A stretch of DNA of 64,000 nt from Squalus acanthias (lineage: Eukaryota), in assembly GCA_030390025.1 (NCBI GenBank), contig CM059431.1:107572001-107636000 (forward strand), in the 5' to 3' direction. The notes under the pieces were generated by a model, which saw only the letters and a list, made by a program, of their open reading frames with translations, did no database searches and had not been told where the DNA came from. Positions 12,591 to 25,203 of the stretch are shown here, one piece after another (the stretch's first letter is position 1; every line of letters starts with the position of its first letter). The position numbers were made by a program, and so were the translations under genes.

Positions 12591-13404
12591 ACGCTGATAT
12601 AAATTATAATTCAAATACAGTCAGTTACATATGCATGACTGCAGTATCGAGGCAAAGATCTACTTCCAAATTTTAGCATTCTTTATCGAGAGAGAAATAG
12701 GACCTCATTTAAATTGGAGCTTGGTTTGACAAGGCGCTCCTGAAGCAGTTTGAAGCGTTTAATAAAAAAGCTTTCGGCTTGCATCGTGCCAACCAAAAAA
12801 AAATATCAAAGAGATATAGCTGTAAAATGCAAGAGTTTACCAGAGATTGTCTGGCTTGCTTTTATCTTCAACAAAAACTGAGCTTGGACAAAGTAGGCTT
12901 TTAATTTGTGCACAATTGCCCTTGGGCCAAGAATAAAGCCCCGTAAAATCTGCTGCTTCTTTCCACAGCGCTGCAGTAGAGGCAGCCAATTTGACTGATC
13001 GCACGCCCCACTCGGGGCTGAATTGTCTTTGCTTGGCAGACTTTTAACTAGGCCAGTCAATTTCAAAAATGTTCACCATTAATATTTGCATCCGTCTGCT
13101 AAACTTAACAGAGAATAATTATAAACAGTAAATTAGCTGTTCCAAGCTATGTCTCATAGGGAAATATTCTGTCCAGCAGAATCACATGCCTAGGTGGGCT
13201 TAGGATTGCAGCTGTGTATTGTTCAGATTTAAAATAAGTACATAAAATACATTTGCCAATTCCAGGCTGAGCCAGTATAAAGTTTCGATTTGATTTGGTC
13301 CTATTCTAGATCTACATCCTAAAGCACAATCTTACTAAACTCTAACACAACGCGTTCTATTTTAAGGAGAAGGATCACATATACAAATAGACTAATGGGA
13401 AAAT

Positions 13405-13705
13405 GATGGACAGAAATAAGAAATAGTCACCAAGAAATCCAAGAGAGAATGCAGGAGAAACTTCTTTACCCAGAGAGTGGTGAGAATGTGGAACTCACTA
13501 CCACAGGGAGTGGTTGAGGCGAGTAGAATAGATACATTTAAGGGGAAGCTCGATAAGCTCATGAGGGAGAAAGGAAATAGAAGGATATGCTGATAGGGTG
13601 AGCTGAAGATGGGTGGGAGGAGGCTCATGTGGAGCACAAATGCTGGCATGGACCAGTTAGGCCGAATGGCCAGGTTCTGTGCTGTATATTTTATGTAATT
13701 CTATG
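13405..13705 (+). mobile_element. CR1-clade LINE 3' fragment
   Basis: Colinear with 7003-7332. Confidence 0.85.
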
Positions 13706-13769
13706 TCAAAAAAATGTGGTTAATGAAAACAAAGTCAAATTTTGAAATTAGATATAGACTGGACTCTCC

Positions 13770-16591
13770 GGCCGCGATTTTGCCGGCGCTCAGAGGGGGT
13801 GGGGGGGGGGGGTTCGGAGGCGGGTCAGGTGTTAAAGTCGCAATGATTGACGGCGGGTCGGAAACCCACCGCGATCCCGCCTCCGTGTGAGTTTCAAGTA
13901 TGTCGGGTCTGCGATTTCACAACAGACCCAACACCAAGCGGCGGGTAAGGGATTTAAGGCACTTAACTCCTTGCTAAGTGCTTGTTAACTGCTATTTTGA
14001 GAGCCTTTTTGATATTTTCCAACATTATTATCACGACGTTCGGAGATCACGCCAGGTAAGTGTGTTGGGAAGATCAACGAGCTGGAAAGTTCACAGCTGC
14101 AACTGCAGTCTACAAGCTACACTGTCTAAACTGCTCAATTTCAAATGTCAGAGGTTGCTGATGTCACGATTTGGGAAGACTGTCTTGAGGCTGCAAGTGT
14201 CTGTTGTTAACTCTATATCCACTCTCACCTGCATTGCTGGACATAAAAGGCGCCCTCACCCTTAACTGTGCCAGCTCAAATTGGGATCACACAAATGGCA
14301 ACAATGTCAAACTTTCATACAAGTTTAATTTATTCCAACATAATAAAAGAACAGAAACTTAACATTGAATTCTATCAGAACACCCAAGTGAGTACCCTTG
14401 TGATCATTTATGTGTCAGCTTTCTCTTACGCATGCTTCTACGTTGTGCTACCCATGTGGCTTCAGCAGATGTAGAGACAGCCTGCTCACTTCCGTACTGC
14501 ACCTGCTTAGATGCCTTTGGCGGGCGTACTATGGGTTTTGGAGCCTTTGAAGGCCCCGCCAAAGGCTGCTCCTCCTGCGGCTGCACAGGGACAGACTCGG
14601 CCATCACTGCTCCGGCAGTCATCTGGGGCTCTGACCGAGGGGTTGGCAAGGGGATGGAAGTTGGAGCGCATGGAGAGGAGCCCCCACTTGCATGTCGCCT
14701 CCCACCATCATCCCTCTCATGGGCCACCCGCACTTCTCTGCTGGCAAGTAGCTGGAGAGCACCTTGCTGCACATCAGTGGGGCCATGAGGACCTGTCTCT
14801 GTACTGACAGTCCTCACAATGGGAACATCCATGTACCTCTGGTTCCTCTCCACGACAGATGCCCATCTATCCTCCATAGCTGACCATCTATTTAGAAGAG
14901 TCACCATGTTCATTTCGAGTCTGGCGATTTATGTCCTCCATGGAGTTTGCCATCCTTTCCATGGCAGGACCTACATTCGCCATTGCGTGCACCATGGCAC
15001 TGATCATGTTTGAGATGGACTCTTCCATTCTCTGCTCTGCTCACTCGCAGTTACCGTGTTTGCAAACCCAGTCAGAGCCTCCTGTACTTGTTCCTGAAGT
15101 TCCAGCACCGCTCTCTTTCTGGATGGACCCCGAGGCTCAGTGTCTACATGCAGCTGAGCAGAGCTAGGAGCATCCTGCGGCCTCTGACGAGGACTCTCTA
15201 CTGCTGTCCCTGTCTCCACCATCTGCTCTTGCTCACTCGTGCATTGTGATACACCAGGTGACAACACTACTCTATCTTGCGAAAAAACCACCGTGGTGTG
15301 CATCTCTGCGCTGGTGCTGGGTACGACCATTTCTGCTGATGCTGTTCCCTCAGAGGATGCAGCATCCTCTGAGGAGTCCTCCAGCTCTTCCTCCTGGACA
15401 GTAGGGAGGAGGGCTCTTGTAGGTCCTGTGGGAGAGTAAAGACATGAGTTAGGCATGTGATATGTAGATTGTAGACACATCCCATTGTGCACATGATGAT
15501 CATTCAATTTCTAATGACATCAGATGCCATATGTGTCACTCATGAAAGCCAAATAAGATGGATGGAGAAGGATTCTGTCATCAGGTTCTTCAACTGAACC
15601 CGTCTCTCCGTCCCCCACTTCGAGCTCTTCCACTGATCCCACAATTTCGAGAGTGGCCTCCTCAGCATTGGTCAGCTGTGATAAATATGGTGATCCTCCT
15701 CCTGTTCTCTCACTCTCCCTCTTATTGTGGGCTCTCTTTTCCTGCAATGAGGGAAATAAGTAGCATTTCAGTGAGAGTGATGGAATGAGTGTAAAGAATG
15801 GATAGGATAGATGTTTAGAGGGAGACTGTGAAGGAGTGGGTTCCCATTACCAAGTTCCCTCCTTTTGAGGAGTTAGTTTTTGTCAGTGCATAATCTTGAG
15901 GGTGGGTGTGAGGGGTGCATAGTAAGATGAGGAAGTGAATCTGTGCACAGGGAGAGAGGGATGGGGGATGGTGCAAAAGATGTTGGGTTGAGTCAGGATG
16001 TGCAGGCGTAGGGTTAGCAATGCAGAGTGATGGGGATGTGATGACAGGCACAGCAGAATTAAGGGAAGTGAGCTTTTATACTTTTCCAGAACACAGGGGA
16101 TCATTGAACCTTTTCTTGCATTGGACCCAGGTGCGTCTGTACACAGGCCTGGCATTGACCTCCTCAGCTATTCACAGCCAGGCTGCCTTTGTCTGCTGAG
16201 GAGGTTTCCTTCTTCCATCACCTGGGTATAGACCTCCCAACGTCCCCTGACTCCCTCCACAAGAACATGGAGGGAGTCCTCATTGAAGTGGGGAGCTGCC
16301 TTTTGTTTCTCTGCAGACATGGTGGTGAGAAGCAGCAATCAGAAGCACCAGAAACGACCTGAGATCCAATGGGGGAAATGGTCCCCTTAAATGCACCGGC
16401 TGCAAACACATCAGCAGATCAGCTGCACAGACCCGCACCTTGTGATGAGGGCGGGTGTCCCACACGGCGGGCTTCACTAGCCCAATTAACAAAAAATTGT
16501 GTCAGCAGGCCGGCAGGAGCTGGTAGCAGGATGGGAACCTGCCCACAACCGTTCCCGACGCAAACCTGCCTCCAGGAAGAAAATCACGGCC
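13770..16591 (-). mobile_element. Non-autonomous Harbinger retaining the Myb/SANT-like gene
   Basis: TIRs GGCCGCGATTTT / AAAATCACGGCC; flanks TCC/TGC; 3-exon Myb-like gene on the minus strand; no transposase core seen. Confidence 0.85.
14404..16320 (-). pseudogene. Harbinger Myb/SANT-like DNA-binding protein pseudogene; exons 16320-16082, 15741-15582, 15425-14404
   Basis: MSAEKQKAAPHFNEDSLHVLVEGV...RTWVQCKKRFND | EKRAHNKRESERTGGG | ...RRSMRKRKLTHK; frameshifts, a stop, and intron-2 donor GT>AT. Confidence 0.85.
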
Positions 16592-16915
16592 TGCAGGTCC
16601 ATTCTACAGTGTCCCATCAGTTGTGGAAGCCCCCCAAGACTATCACTAGACCATCTGTGTACAAAAGCCTAAACAATGTCAAGCAATTAAAGGGATCTGC
16701 CCAGCTAATTTTCCATACCCTGGATTGGCGGATATCTATATTGTACCAGGTGAAGGTGACCGACTGGAGAAGCAGTGAATCCAACAACTGAATGGCAGCC
16801 CCATTTTTTATGTTAGTTATGTAACAAAAGAATCCACAGATCATAAGAAACTCAAGAAAGTACTAAGTGAGAAAAGGCTCTGTTTTCCATTAAGTTCACT
16901 CCATCCAGAGTCCCC

Positions 16916-17059
16916 GGCTGGGAATTTCCTCGACTTGCTCCCATTTCACCGTCGTAATTTCGCTGGAAGTGCGTCAGAAGCAATGTTTACACGTGCAAAT
17001 GGAGTTTCGACTGCACTTACGGTGGTGGAGTTGGAGCAGCTCCCAGGAAATTCCTGGCC
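16916..17059. mobile_element. Short foldback MITE with Harbinger-like termini
   Basis: GGCTGGGAATTTCCT / AGGAAATTCCTGGCC TIRs; internal inverted similarity. Confidence 0.7.
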
Positions 17060-17244
17060 CATGTATGGTTATTCTACCATTTCTCAATAGGAATTGATTC
17101 AGCTCCTTTTCGAAGATATCAATCAATCCCAAATCAATGAGCTTCTCTGGGAGTCTGCTGCACATGTTCACTATTCTGTGAGGGAAAGAAAACCACTTTT
17201 TTCCAGTTCAGATGTACAGCTTCAGCTCCTGTGAGCCATCCAAA

Positions 17245-17470
17245 TCAGGAAGGTCTCAGATTAAATCTGCACTCAGTTAACTGACTTCGGCCGAGATAGT
17301 GGACAGAGGTGCTGTAATTCGACTCGGTGCCCCAGGGTTCGAGAAGCGAAGATGTCTCCATGGTTGCCGCTCCTGATCAGCATACTGCAGTATCTACTGG
17401 ATGTGAAGATATGTCCATAGTGGGCGAGAACAGGATCAAGCTCAGCTGCGATGTCCTCTATTGTTAGATA
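17245..17470 (+). repeat. Old SINE-like dispersed repeat (family 3)
   Basis: Weak colinear similarity to about 49240-49540 (+) and 54950-55260 (-). Confidence 0.45.
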
Positions 17471-17744
17471 TCCTTGTCAAGGAGCTATAAGCTTGTCTCT
17501 GTTGAAGCAGTAGAGGCATGCGGCCAACAATACAATCAATCCTGAAGCGGTCAAATAACTGTTCAGTTATACAGCTGTTCAAAAATTCTGATGAGGTGGG
17601 ACTTCAATCTGCTCAGTCCTACAGTTAGTAACATTTAATAGAGGTTAACCTTTCTAGGCTCTGGTACATTCCTTCCAAGCATTTACATTTTGTTGTCAGG
17701 TCAATTTAGGCATTCAAGTGTGTTTTCAGTCCATTGTCTTAATG

Positions 17745-18180
17745 GGAACAGCAGCATACTGGTAATGTTACTGGACTGGTTAATCCTAATAGGTCTTGAA
17801 CTAATAATGTAGCCAAGAGTTCAAAACCCACTACTGGCAGCTGGGGAATTTAAATTCAGTTAATTGAATAAATCTGGAGTAAAAAGCTAGTATCAGTATC
17901 AGTATCAGTAATGGTGATCATTATACTACCAGATTGTCATAAAAACCCATCTGGTTCACTAATGTCCTTGAGGGAAGGACATCTGCTGTCCTTACCTGGT
18001 CTGGCCTATATGTGACTCCAGACCCACAGCAATGTGGTTGACTCTTCGCTGCCCTCTGAAATGGCCTAGCGAGTCACTCAGTTGTCAAGAAGGTGGCTCA
18101 CCACCACCTTCTCAAGGGCAATTGGGGATGGGCAATAAATGCTGAGTTTCCCAGTGGTGCCCACATCCTGTGAATGAATG
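17745..18180 (+). mobile_element. SINE family 2, near full length
   Basis: Head GGTAATGTTACTGGACT, core AAAACCCATCTGGTTCACTAATGTCCTT, tail CTCACCACCACCTTCTCAAGGGCAATT. Confidence 0.85.
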
Positions 18181-19484
18181 AAACTCTCACTGGAAGCTAA
18201 AGGTGAAACACATTGAGCTGATGATTGGCTCCCAAGACTATCAAAATATTAACTCATACTAACAAAACGTTTAAAGAAAAACTCAAGTTCAAACAATTTC
18301 TATTCAGCATTCAGAACGTTTCTTCAATGTTTGGCTCAAGGCAATGATTAATTTTTATTGTTTGCTCTGCATAGTAAAAGCATTCGCTGCTATTGGGACA
18401 CTGTTAACAAGCTTTTAGCAGCAGAGGATGATCTCATGGTGCTTTCTGTTAGCGAGAATTTTCCTCCACTTTTATAGTTTATGGAAATTTAATACGAGGC
18501 AGCACAAACTATTACCATAAAGACATGTCAAATTGTTATTAGTTATTTCTTGAGCTCTTCAAAAGCTTCAGCTTTTGTACAAAAAAATAATCCTGGATCA
18601 TATTTTTCAGCTGTCTACACACCCCACTGGTACACAACAGCTAAAGTATTGAGGAAACCTTCAGGGACTGACAAATATTTCCACCGGGTATTTCTTTCTT
18701 TTAAGATCCGAAAACATCTTCTCATTTCCAGTCTGCTTTCCTCCTCCTGTTTATCAATAATACATCTAATGTACATTTCCTTCAGATGTTGCCGTTTTGT
18801 GATCAAAGATGCAGCTTTCACATGTTTTGTTACTTTCTTTCATTCCTTATTAAAGACAAGTATGATCGTTGGCTGTCCTTCACATAGAGCACCTAATAGG
18901 TACTGTGATAAACAACAAAGCTTGTTACTGTTCACTGTTGACGCATACAAAGGCATGGGTGTCAACTGTAAATAATGCATCAAACAGAATAATTGCTTTT
19001 GTGATCTCTAAGTTGTACCCAAGTGTATAAATACGGAATCGAGCATTCACATTTGATTTAGTTTGTAATACATTTAGAAAGTCTGAATGCAATGAACTTT
19101 CAACGAATACTCAAGGAAAGTTATTTCAAGATATAAAATTGGGATATGTCATAAATTGTCATCCAGGTATGTTGGATGATCCATAGATGAACTGAATTTG
19201 ATGGCATTAAAAAAAAAGCTAATTTAAATTTTGGAAGAATAGTGCAGTTCAAACTTGTTCAAATCTGTTAGTTGATTTTGCAAAAAAGAACTGTTAAAAT
19301 TGCATATTTAACAGGTGATTTAAAAAAAACATAGAATGGTTTTGCAAGTGATGGGATTAGTCGAGCATTGAAATACTGTTCCAAGGCATATACAAGAGAA
19401 TAAAGCTTTTGAGACTTAGCTTTGTTTGACACAAGTGCAGGCTGGAGAATTGGATGTGAAAGTTAGCAAGCATTCACTCTTGAT

Positions 19485-20335
19485 TTGAGTGGGCAAAAAT
19501 TTGGCAGATGGAGTATAATGTGGGAAAATGTGAGGTTATCCACTTTGGTAGGAAGAATAGAAAAGCAAAATATTATTTTATTGGAGAGCGACTACAGAAT
19601 GCTGTGGTACAGAGGGATCTGGGCGTCCTCATACATGAAACACAAAACGTTAGCATGCAGGTACAGCAAGTGATTAGGAAGGCAAATGGAATGTTGGCGT
19701 TTATTGCAAGGGGGATGTTGTATAAAAGTAGGGAAGTCCTGCTACAACTGTACAGGGCGCTGGTGAGACCACACCTGGAGTACTGCGTACAGTTTTGGTC
19801 TCCTTATTTAAGGAAGGATAAACTTGCATTGGAGGCAGTTCAGAGAAGGTTCACTAGGTTGATTCCTGGGATGAAGGTGTTGTCTTATGAAGAAAGGTTG
19901 AGCAGATTGGGCCTATACTCATTGGAGTTCAGAAGAATGAGAGGTGATCTTATTGAAACATATAAGATTCTGAGGGGGCTTGACAGGGTAGATGCTGAGA
20001 GGATGTTTCCCCTCGTAGGGGAATCTAGAACTAAGGGGCATAGTTTCAGGATAAGGGGGCACCCATTTAAGATGAAGTTGAGGAGGAATTTCTTCTTTCA
20101 GAGGGTCGTGAATCTTTGGAATTCTCTACCCCAGAGAGATGTGGAGGCTGGGTCATTGAATATATTCAAGGCAGAGATAGACAGATATTTGAACTACAGG
20201 GGAGTCAAGGGGTATGGGGGACAGGCAGAAAAGTGGAGTTGAGGCCAAGATCAGATCAGCCATGATCTTACTGAATGGCGGGGCAGGCTCGAGTTGTCGA
20301 ATGGCCTACTCCTGCTCCGATTTCTTATGTTCTTA
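19485..20335 (+). mobile_element. CR1-clade LINE 3' fragment
   Basis: Open 244-aa frame 19508-20242 (WQMEYNVGKCEVIHFG...WNSLP) plus 3'UTR. Confidence 0.95.
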
Positions 20336-20456
20336 TTTCCAGTCATTAAAATTTACCTCGAGGATTGGTAATGTAGCTTCGATAACACAGGTGGTGAATT
20401 TCCTCAGGGGCCTTCACCCACTCCGTCACCAGAGCTTTGCCAGAAACCCAAGATAA

Positions 20457-22490
20457 TATAAGAACATAAGAAATAGGAGCAGGAGTAGGCCATTTGGCCC
20501 TTCGAGCCTGCTCCGCCATTCAATAAGATCATGGCTGATCTTCTACCTCAACTCCACCTTCCCGCACTATCCCCATATCCCTTGATTCCCTTAATATCCA
20601 AAAATCCATCAATCTCTGTCTTGAATATACTCAACAACTGAGCATCAAAGCTCTCTGGGATAGAGAATTCCAAAGATTCACCACCCTTTGCGTGAAGAAA
20701 TTTCTCCTTATCTAAGTCCTAAATGGCTGACCCCTTATTCTGAGACTGTTACCCCTAGTTCTAGACTCCCCAGCCAGGGGAAACATCCTCCCTGCATCTA
20801 CCCTGTCAAACCCCTGAAGAATTTTATATGTTTCAATGAGATCACATCAAATTCTTCTAAACTCAAGGGAATATAGGCCTAGTCTACTCAACCTCTCTAC
20901 TCATAGGACAATCCCTCCATCCCCGGAATCAGTCTAGTGAACCTTTGTTGCACTCCCTCGAAGGCAAGTATATCCTTTCTTAGGTAAGGAGACCAAAACT
21001 GCACACAGTACTCCAGGTGTGGTCTCACCAAGGCCCTATATAATTGTAGTAATACTTCTTTACTCTTATAATCATGTTTGACAAACCTACTGGAGTTTTT
21101 TGAGGATGTAACTGGTAGAATAGATAAGGGAGAACCAGTGGATGTGGTGTATTTGGATTTTCAGAAGGCCTTTGATAAAGTCCCACATAAGAGGTTAGTG
21201 TGCAAAATTAAAGCACATGGGATTGGGGGTAATATACTGGCATTGATTGAAAATTGGTTAACAGACAGGAAACAGAGAGTAGGAATAAATGGGTCTTTTT
21301 CGGGGTGGCAGGCGGTGACTAGTGGGGTACCGCAGGGATCGATGCTTGGGCCCCAGCTATTCACAATACATATCAATGATTTGATGAGGGAACCAAATGT
21401 AATATTTCCAAGTTTGCTGACGACACAAAACTAGGTGGGATTGTGAGTTGTGAGGAGGATGCAAAGAGGCTTCAAGGCAATTTAGACAAGTTGAGTGAGT
21501 GGGCAAATACATGGCAGATGCAGTATAACGTGAATAAATGTGAAGTTATTCACTTTGGTAGAAAAAACAGAAAGGCAGGGTATTAGTTATATGGTGATAG
21601 ATTAGGAAATGTTGATGTACAAAGGGACCTGGGTGTCCTTGTACATCAGTCACTGAAAGCAAACATGCAGGTGCAGCAAGCAGTTAGGAAGGCAAATGGT
21701 ATGTTGGCCTTCATTGCAAGAAGATTTGAGTACAGGAGCAAGGATGTCTTACTAAAGTTGTACAGGGCTTTGGTGAAACCACACCTGGAGTACTGTGTGC
21801 AGTTTTGGTCTCCTTACCTAAGAAAGGATATACTTGCCATAGAGGGAGTGCAGCGAAGGTTCACCAGACTGATTCCTGGGATGGCAGGACTGTCGTATGA
21901 GGAGAGATTGGGTCGACTAGGCCTATATTCACTGGAGTTTAGAAGAATGAGAGGGGATCTCATTGAAATGTATAAAATTCTGACAGGGCTAGACAGACTG
22001 GATGCAGGGAGGATGTTTCCCCTGGCTGAGGGGTCTAGAACGAGGGGTCACAGTTTCAGGATACGGGTTAGGACATTTAGGACTGAGGTGAGGAGAAATG
22101 TCTTCACTCAGAGGGTGGTGAACCTGTGGAATTCTCTACCACAGAAGGCTGTGGAGGCCAAGTCACTGAATATATTTAAGAAGGAGAAAGATAGATTTCT
22201 AGACACAAAAGGCATCAAGGGGTATGGGGAGAGAGCGGGAATATGGTATTGAGATAGAGGATCAGCCATGATCATATTGAATGGCGGAGCAGGCTTGAAG
22301 GGCCGAATGGCCTACTCCTGCTCCTATTTTTCTATGTTTCTATTTTTCTATGTTTCTATGCTCGAATCCCTTTGCAATAAAGGCGTAATATACCATTTGC
22401 TTTCCTAACTGCTTGCTGTACCTGCATGTTAACTTTCTGTGATTCGTGTACAAGGACACCCAGGTCCCACTGAATACCAACATTTCCCAT
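20457..22490 (-). mobile_element. CR1 fragment split by an antisense CR1 (parts 20457-21070 and about 22357-22490)
   Basis: ...TTTACTCTTATA at 21070 resumes as TGCTCGAATCCCTTTGCAATAAAGG at about 22359. Confidence 0.85.
21071..22356 (+). mobile_element. CR1-clade LINE fragment with RT domain, frameshifted
   Basis: [24 protein letters not shown] (about 21414), ORF 21665-22252; (CTATGTTT)-type tail. Confidence 0.95.
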
Positions 22491-22491
22491 T

Positions 22492-23610
22492 CTTTCTTCT
22501 TCTTCTTAGGCAGTCCCTCGGAATCGAGGATGACTTGCTTCCACATTAAAAATTAGTTCTTAGGTGACTGATTAGTCCAATGTGGGACCTACAGTCTCTG
22601 TCACAGGTGGGGCAGACAATGATTGAAGGGGTGGGTGGGTGGGGTGCTTGGGTTGACGTGCGCTCCTTGCGTTGCTTGCGCTTGGCTTCCGCTTGCTCCC
22701 AGCGAAGAGACTCGAGGTGTTTGGCGCCTTCCCGGATGCTTCTCCTCAGCATTGTGCAGTCTTGGGCCAGGGATTCCCAGGTGTCAGTGGGGATGTTGCA
22801 CTTTTTCAAGGAGGTTTTGAGGGTGTCCTTGAAACGTTTCCTCTGCCCACCTAGGGCTCTCTTACCGTATCGGAGCTCCGAGTAGAGCGCTTATTTTGGG
22901 AGTCTCGCATCGGGCATGCAGACGATGTGACCCGTCCATCGGAGCTGATCGAGTGTGGTCAAAGCTTCGATGCTGGGGATGTTGGCCTGAGCGAGAACAC
23001 TGACGTTGGTGCGCCTATCCTGCCAATGGATTTGCAGGATCTTGCGGAGGCATCATTGGTGGTACCTCTCCAGTGCTTTGAGGTGCCTGCTGTATATGGT
23101 CCATGTCTCTGAGGCATACAGGAGGGCAGGTATCACTACTGCTCTGTAGACCATGAGCTTGGTGCAGGGTTTGAGGTCCTGGTCTTCAAACACTCTCTTC
23201 CTCAGGTGTCCGAAGGTTGCACTGGCACACTGAAGGCGGTGTTCGACTTCATCATTGACGTCTGCCCTTGTTGACAGTAGGCTCCCAAGGTATGGAAAGT
23301 GGTCCACATTGTCCAAGGCCTTGTCATGGATTTTGATAATCAGGAGGCAGTACTGTGTGGCGGGGGCAGTTTGGTAGAAGACCTTTGTCTTACGGATGTT
23401 TAGTGTAAGGCCCATGCTCTCGTACGCTTCGGTGAAGATGTTGACGATGGTTTGATGTTCGACCTCTGAGTGTGCGCAGATGCAAGCATCGTCTGCATAC
23501 TGCAATTCGACGACAGAGGATGGGACAACCTTGGATCTGGACTGGAGGCGATGGAGGTTGAACAGTTTCCCGTTTGTTCTGTAAAATAGCTCCACTCCAA
23601 CGGGGAGCTT
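22492..23610 (-). mobile_element. RTE-clade LINE 3' fragment
   Basis: ELQYADD, FPYLGS, LLYASETW (ORF 23053-23595); C-terminal CPTCDRDCRSHIGLISHLR; (GAA)n tail. Confidence 0.9.
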
Positions 23611-23919
23611 ACTGATGGTTTTGACAAGATGGCTCCTGGGCTGTCAGCTTCCATGGCCATCCCAGCCTTTAACAATTTAATGAACCCCCTTAGTGTCTGT
23701 CAGCAACATAGAATGTTGCTTGTACGAAACAGAAATCTTCATTCAAATTACCTAGCTTAACATTATACAGAGTGCAACCTACTGAAGCAAGGCTGATTAT
23801 GTGTACTCTTGAGATTGCATGCATATGATCCAAGGGATTCATCGCCATCATATCATGTAGTCTGGGTTATCCTGATTGATAACCTACTTTTCCCATATCT
23901 CAATAAATTGCAAATCTTT

Positions 23920-24763
23920 GGGCTGGATTTTGTCAATGGGGACGTGATGGAGGCGGGACTCCCACTTTTTGGGTTGTAGTCCCGCCTCCATCGAGTTGTG
24001 GCCAACCCACTGTATTTTCCCTTGATTGACCTTGTTAAGCCCGCCCAGCGGGCTTAGCAGGCCAATCAAGTGTCCCTTGGATATAGGTGACATCAGCCAT
24101 TGAAATTTCATCTGTCAAGAGCTTTTGACAGATGAAATTTCAGCGTTTGACAGCTCTGTGAAGCTGTCAAACACTGACAATATGATTTCTAACATGAGTC
24201 CCTGTACTTAGACTCAGTTAGAAATCAATCCAGCACAGAAAGCAGAGACTGCAGCTTTTGACAGCTCCGCGGGCATTCTGCTTTCTGTGCCGGTGAGCTG
24301 AGGGACTCCCGAGAACTGAAGGAAGGAAGCCTACAGGACAAAGTTAAGGTAAGTACAAGTTCTTAAAACACTTTACACACACCAAACACACTTACCTCTG
24401 CACTCATGCACCCATCACTCACCTGCACACCAGACATCTCGACCCCTCCAAGCCCTCCAGACCGACGGTCCGCCTCGCTAAATCGGCGTGGTTCGGACCT
24501 GTCGGGAAGCCCACACTTCAGGGCTAAAAATAGGGATTAGTCGAAAAACTGCCTGTTAACTACCTGTTAACAGGCAGTTTATTGGCACTAATCCCCTTCC
24601 CGCCTCGGGGAGGCGGGTCACAGCACAGGTCGGGTACCCGCCTCCTGTGAAACTGGCATGGAGGCGGGTTGGGGGCGGGATGGGTTCGGGACCCCCGAAT
24701 CTGCTATTTTCCCACCCCACAGGCCTCCAAACCCGCCTCCACGGGTCAATGAAAATTCTGCCC
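23920..24763. mobile_element. Harbinger-type MITE
   Basis: TIRs GGGCTGGATTTT / AAAATTCTGCCC; 3-bp TSD TTT on both sides; homolog of 33091-33832. Confidence 0.85.
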
Positions 24764-24942
24764 TTTGTCTCCAACTGTGATAACAAAAAGAGGGTCAGTA
24801 TCTTGTCTGGACTGGATGTAATACAAGTAGGTCCCTATTACATGATATTATTGTGATGCTGTTGCTATAACACTAAAAGGTGTCACTGAAGGTTTGTCCA
24901 ATTTTGGATTCCCGTGCTTTTTATAATCACCTTAAGGAGGGT

Positions 24943-25200
24943 CAGCAACCAGAGGCCACAGATTTAAGATAATTGACAAAAGAACCAAAGAGGATCTGAG
25001 GGGAAATTGTTTTACACAGCGAGTTGTTATGGAATGCACTGCCTGAAAGGGTGGTGGGAACTGGATATATAGTTGAAAAGGAAACGTTTCTAGGGCTATG
25101 GGGATAAAGCAGGGGAGTGGGACTGATTAGCGAGCTCCTTTCAAAGAGCCAGAGCACAGGCACGATGGGCCAAAGGGCCACCTTTTGTGCTGTATGATTC
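24943..25200 (+). mobile_element. CR1 3' fragment
   Basis: Colinear with the 3' half of 3795-4250. Confidence 0.8.
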
Positions 25201-25203
25201 TAG

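Noticed and set aside
18550..18975. 141-aa and 68-aa ORFs on opposite strands
   Set aside because: No recognisable homology or exon boundaries.
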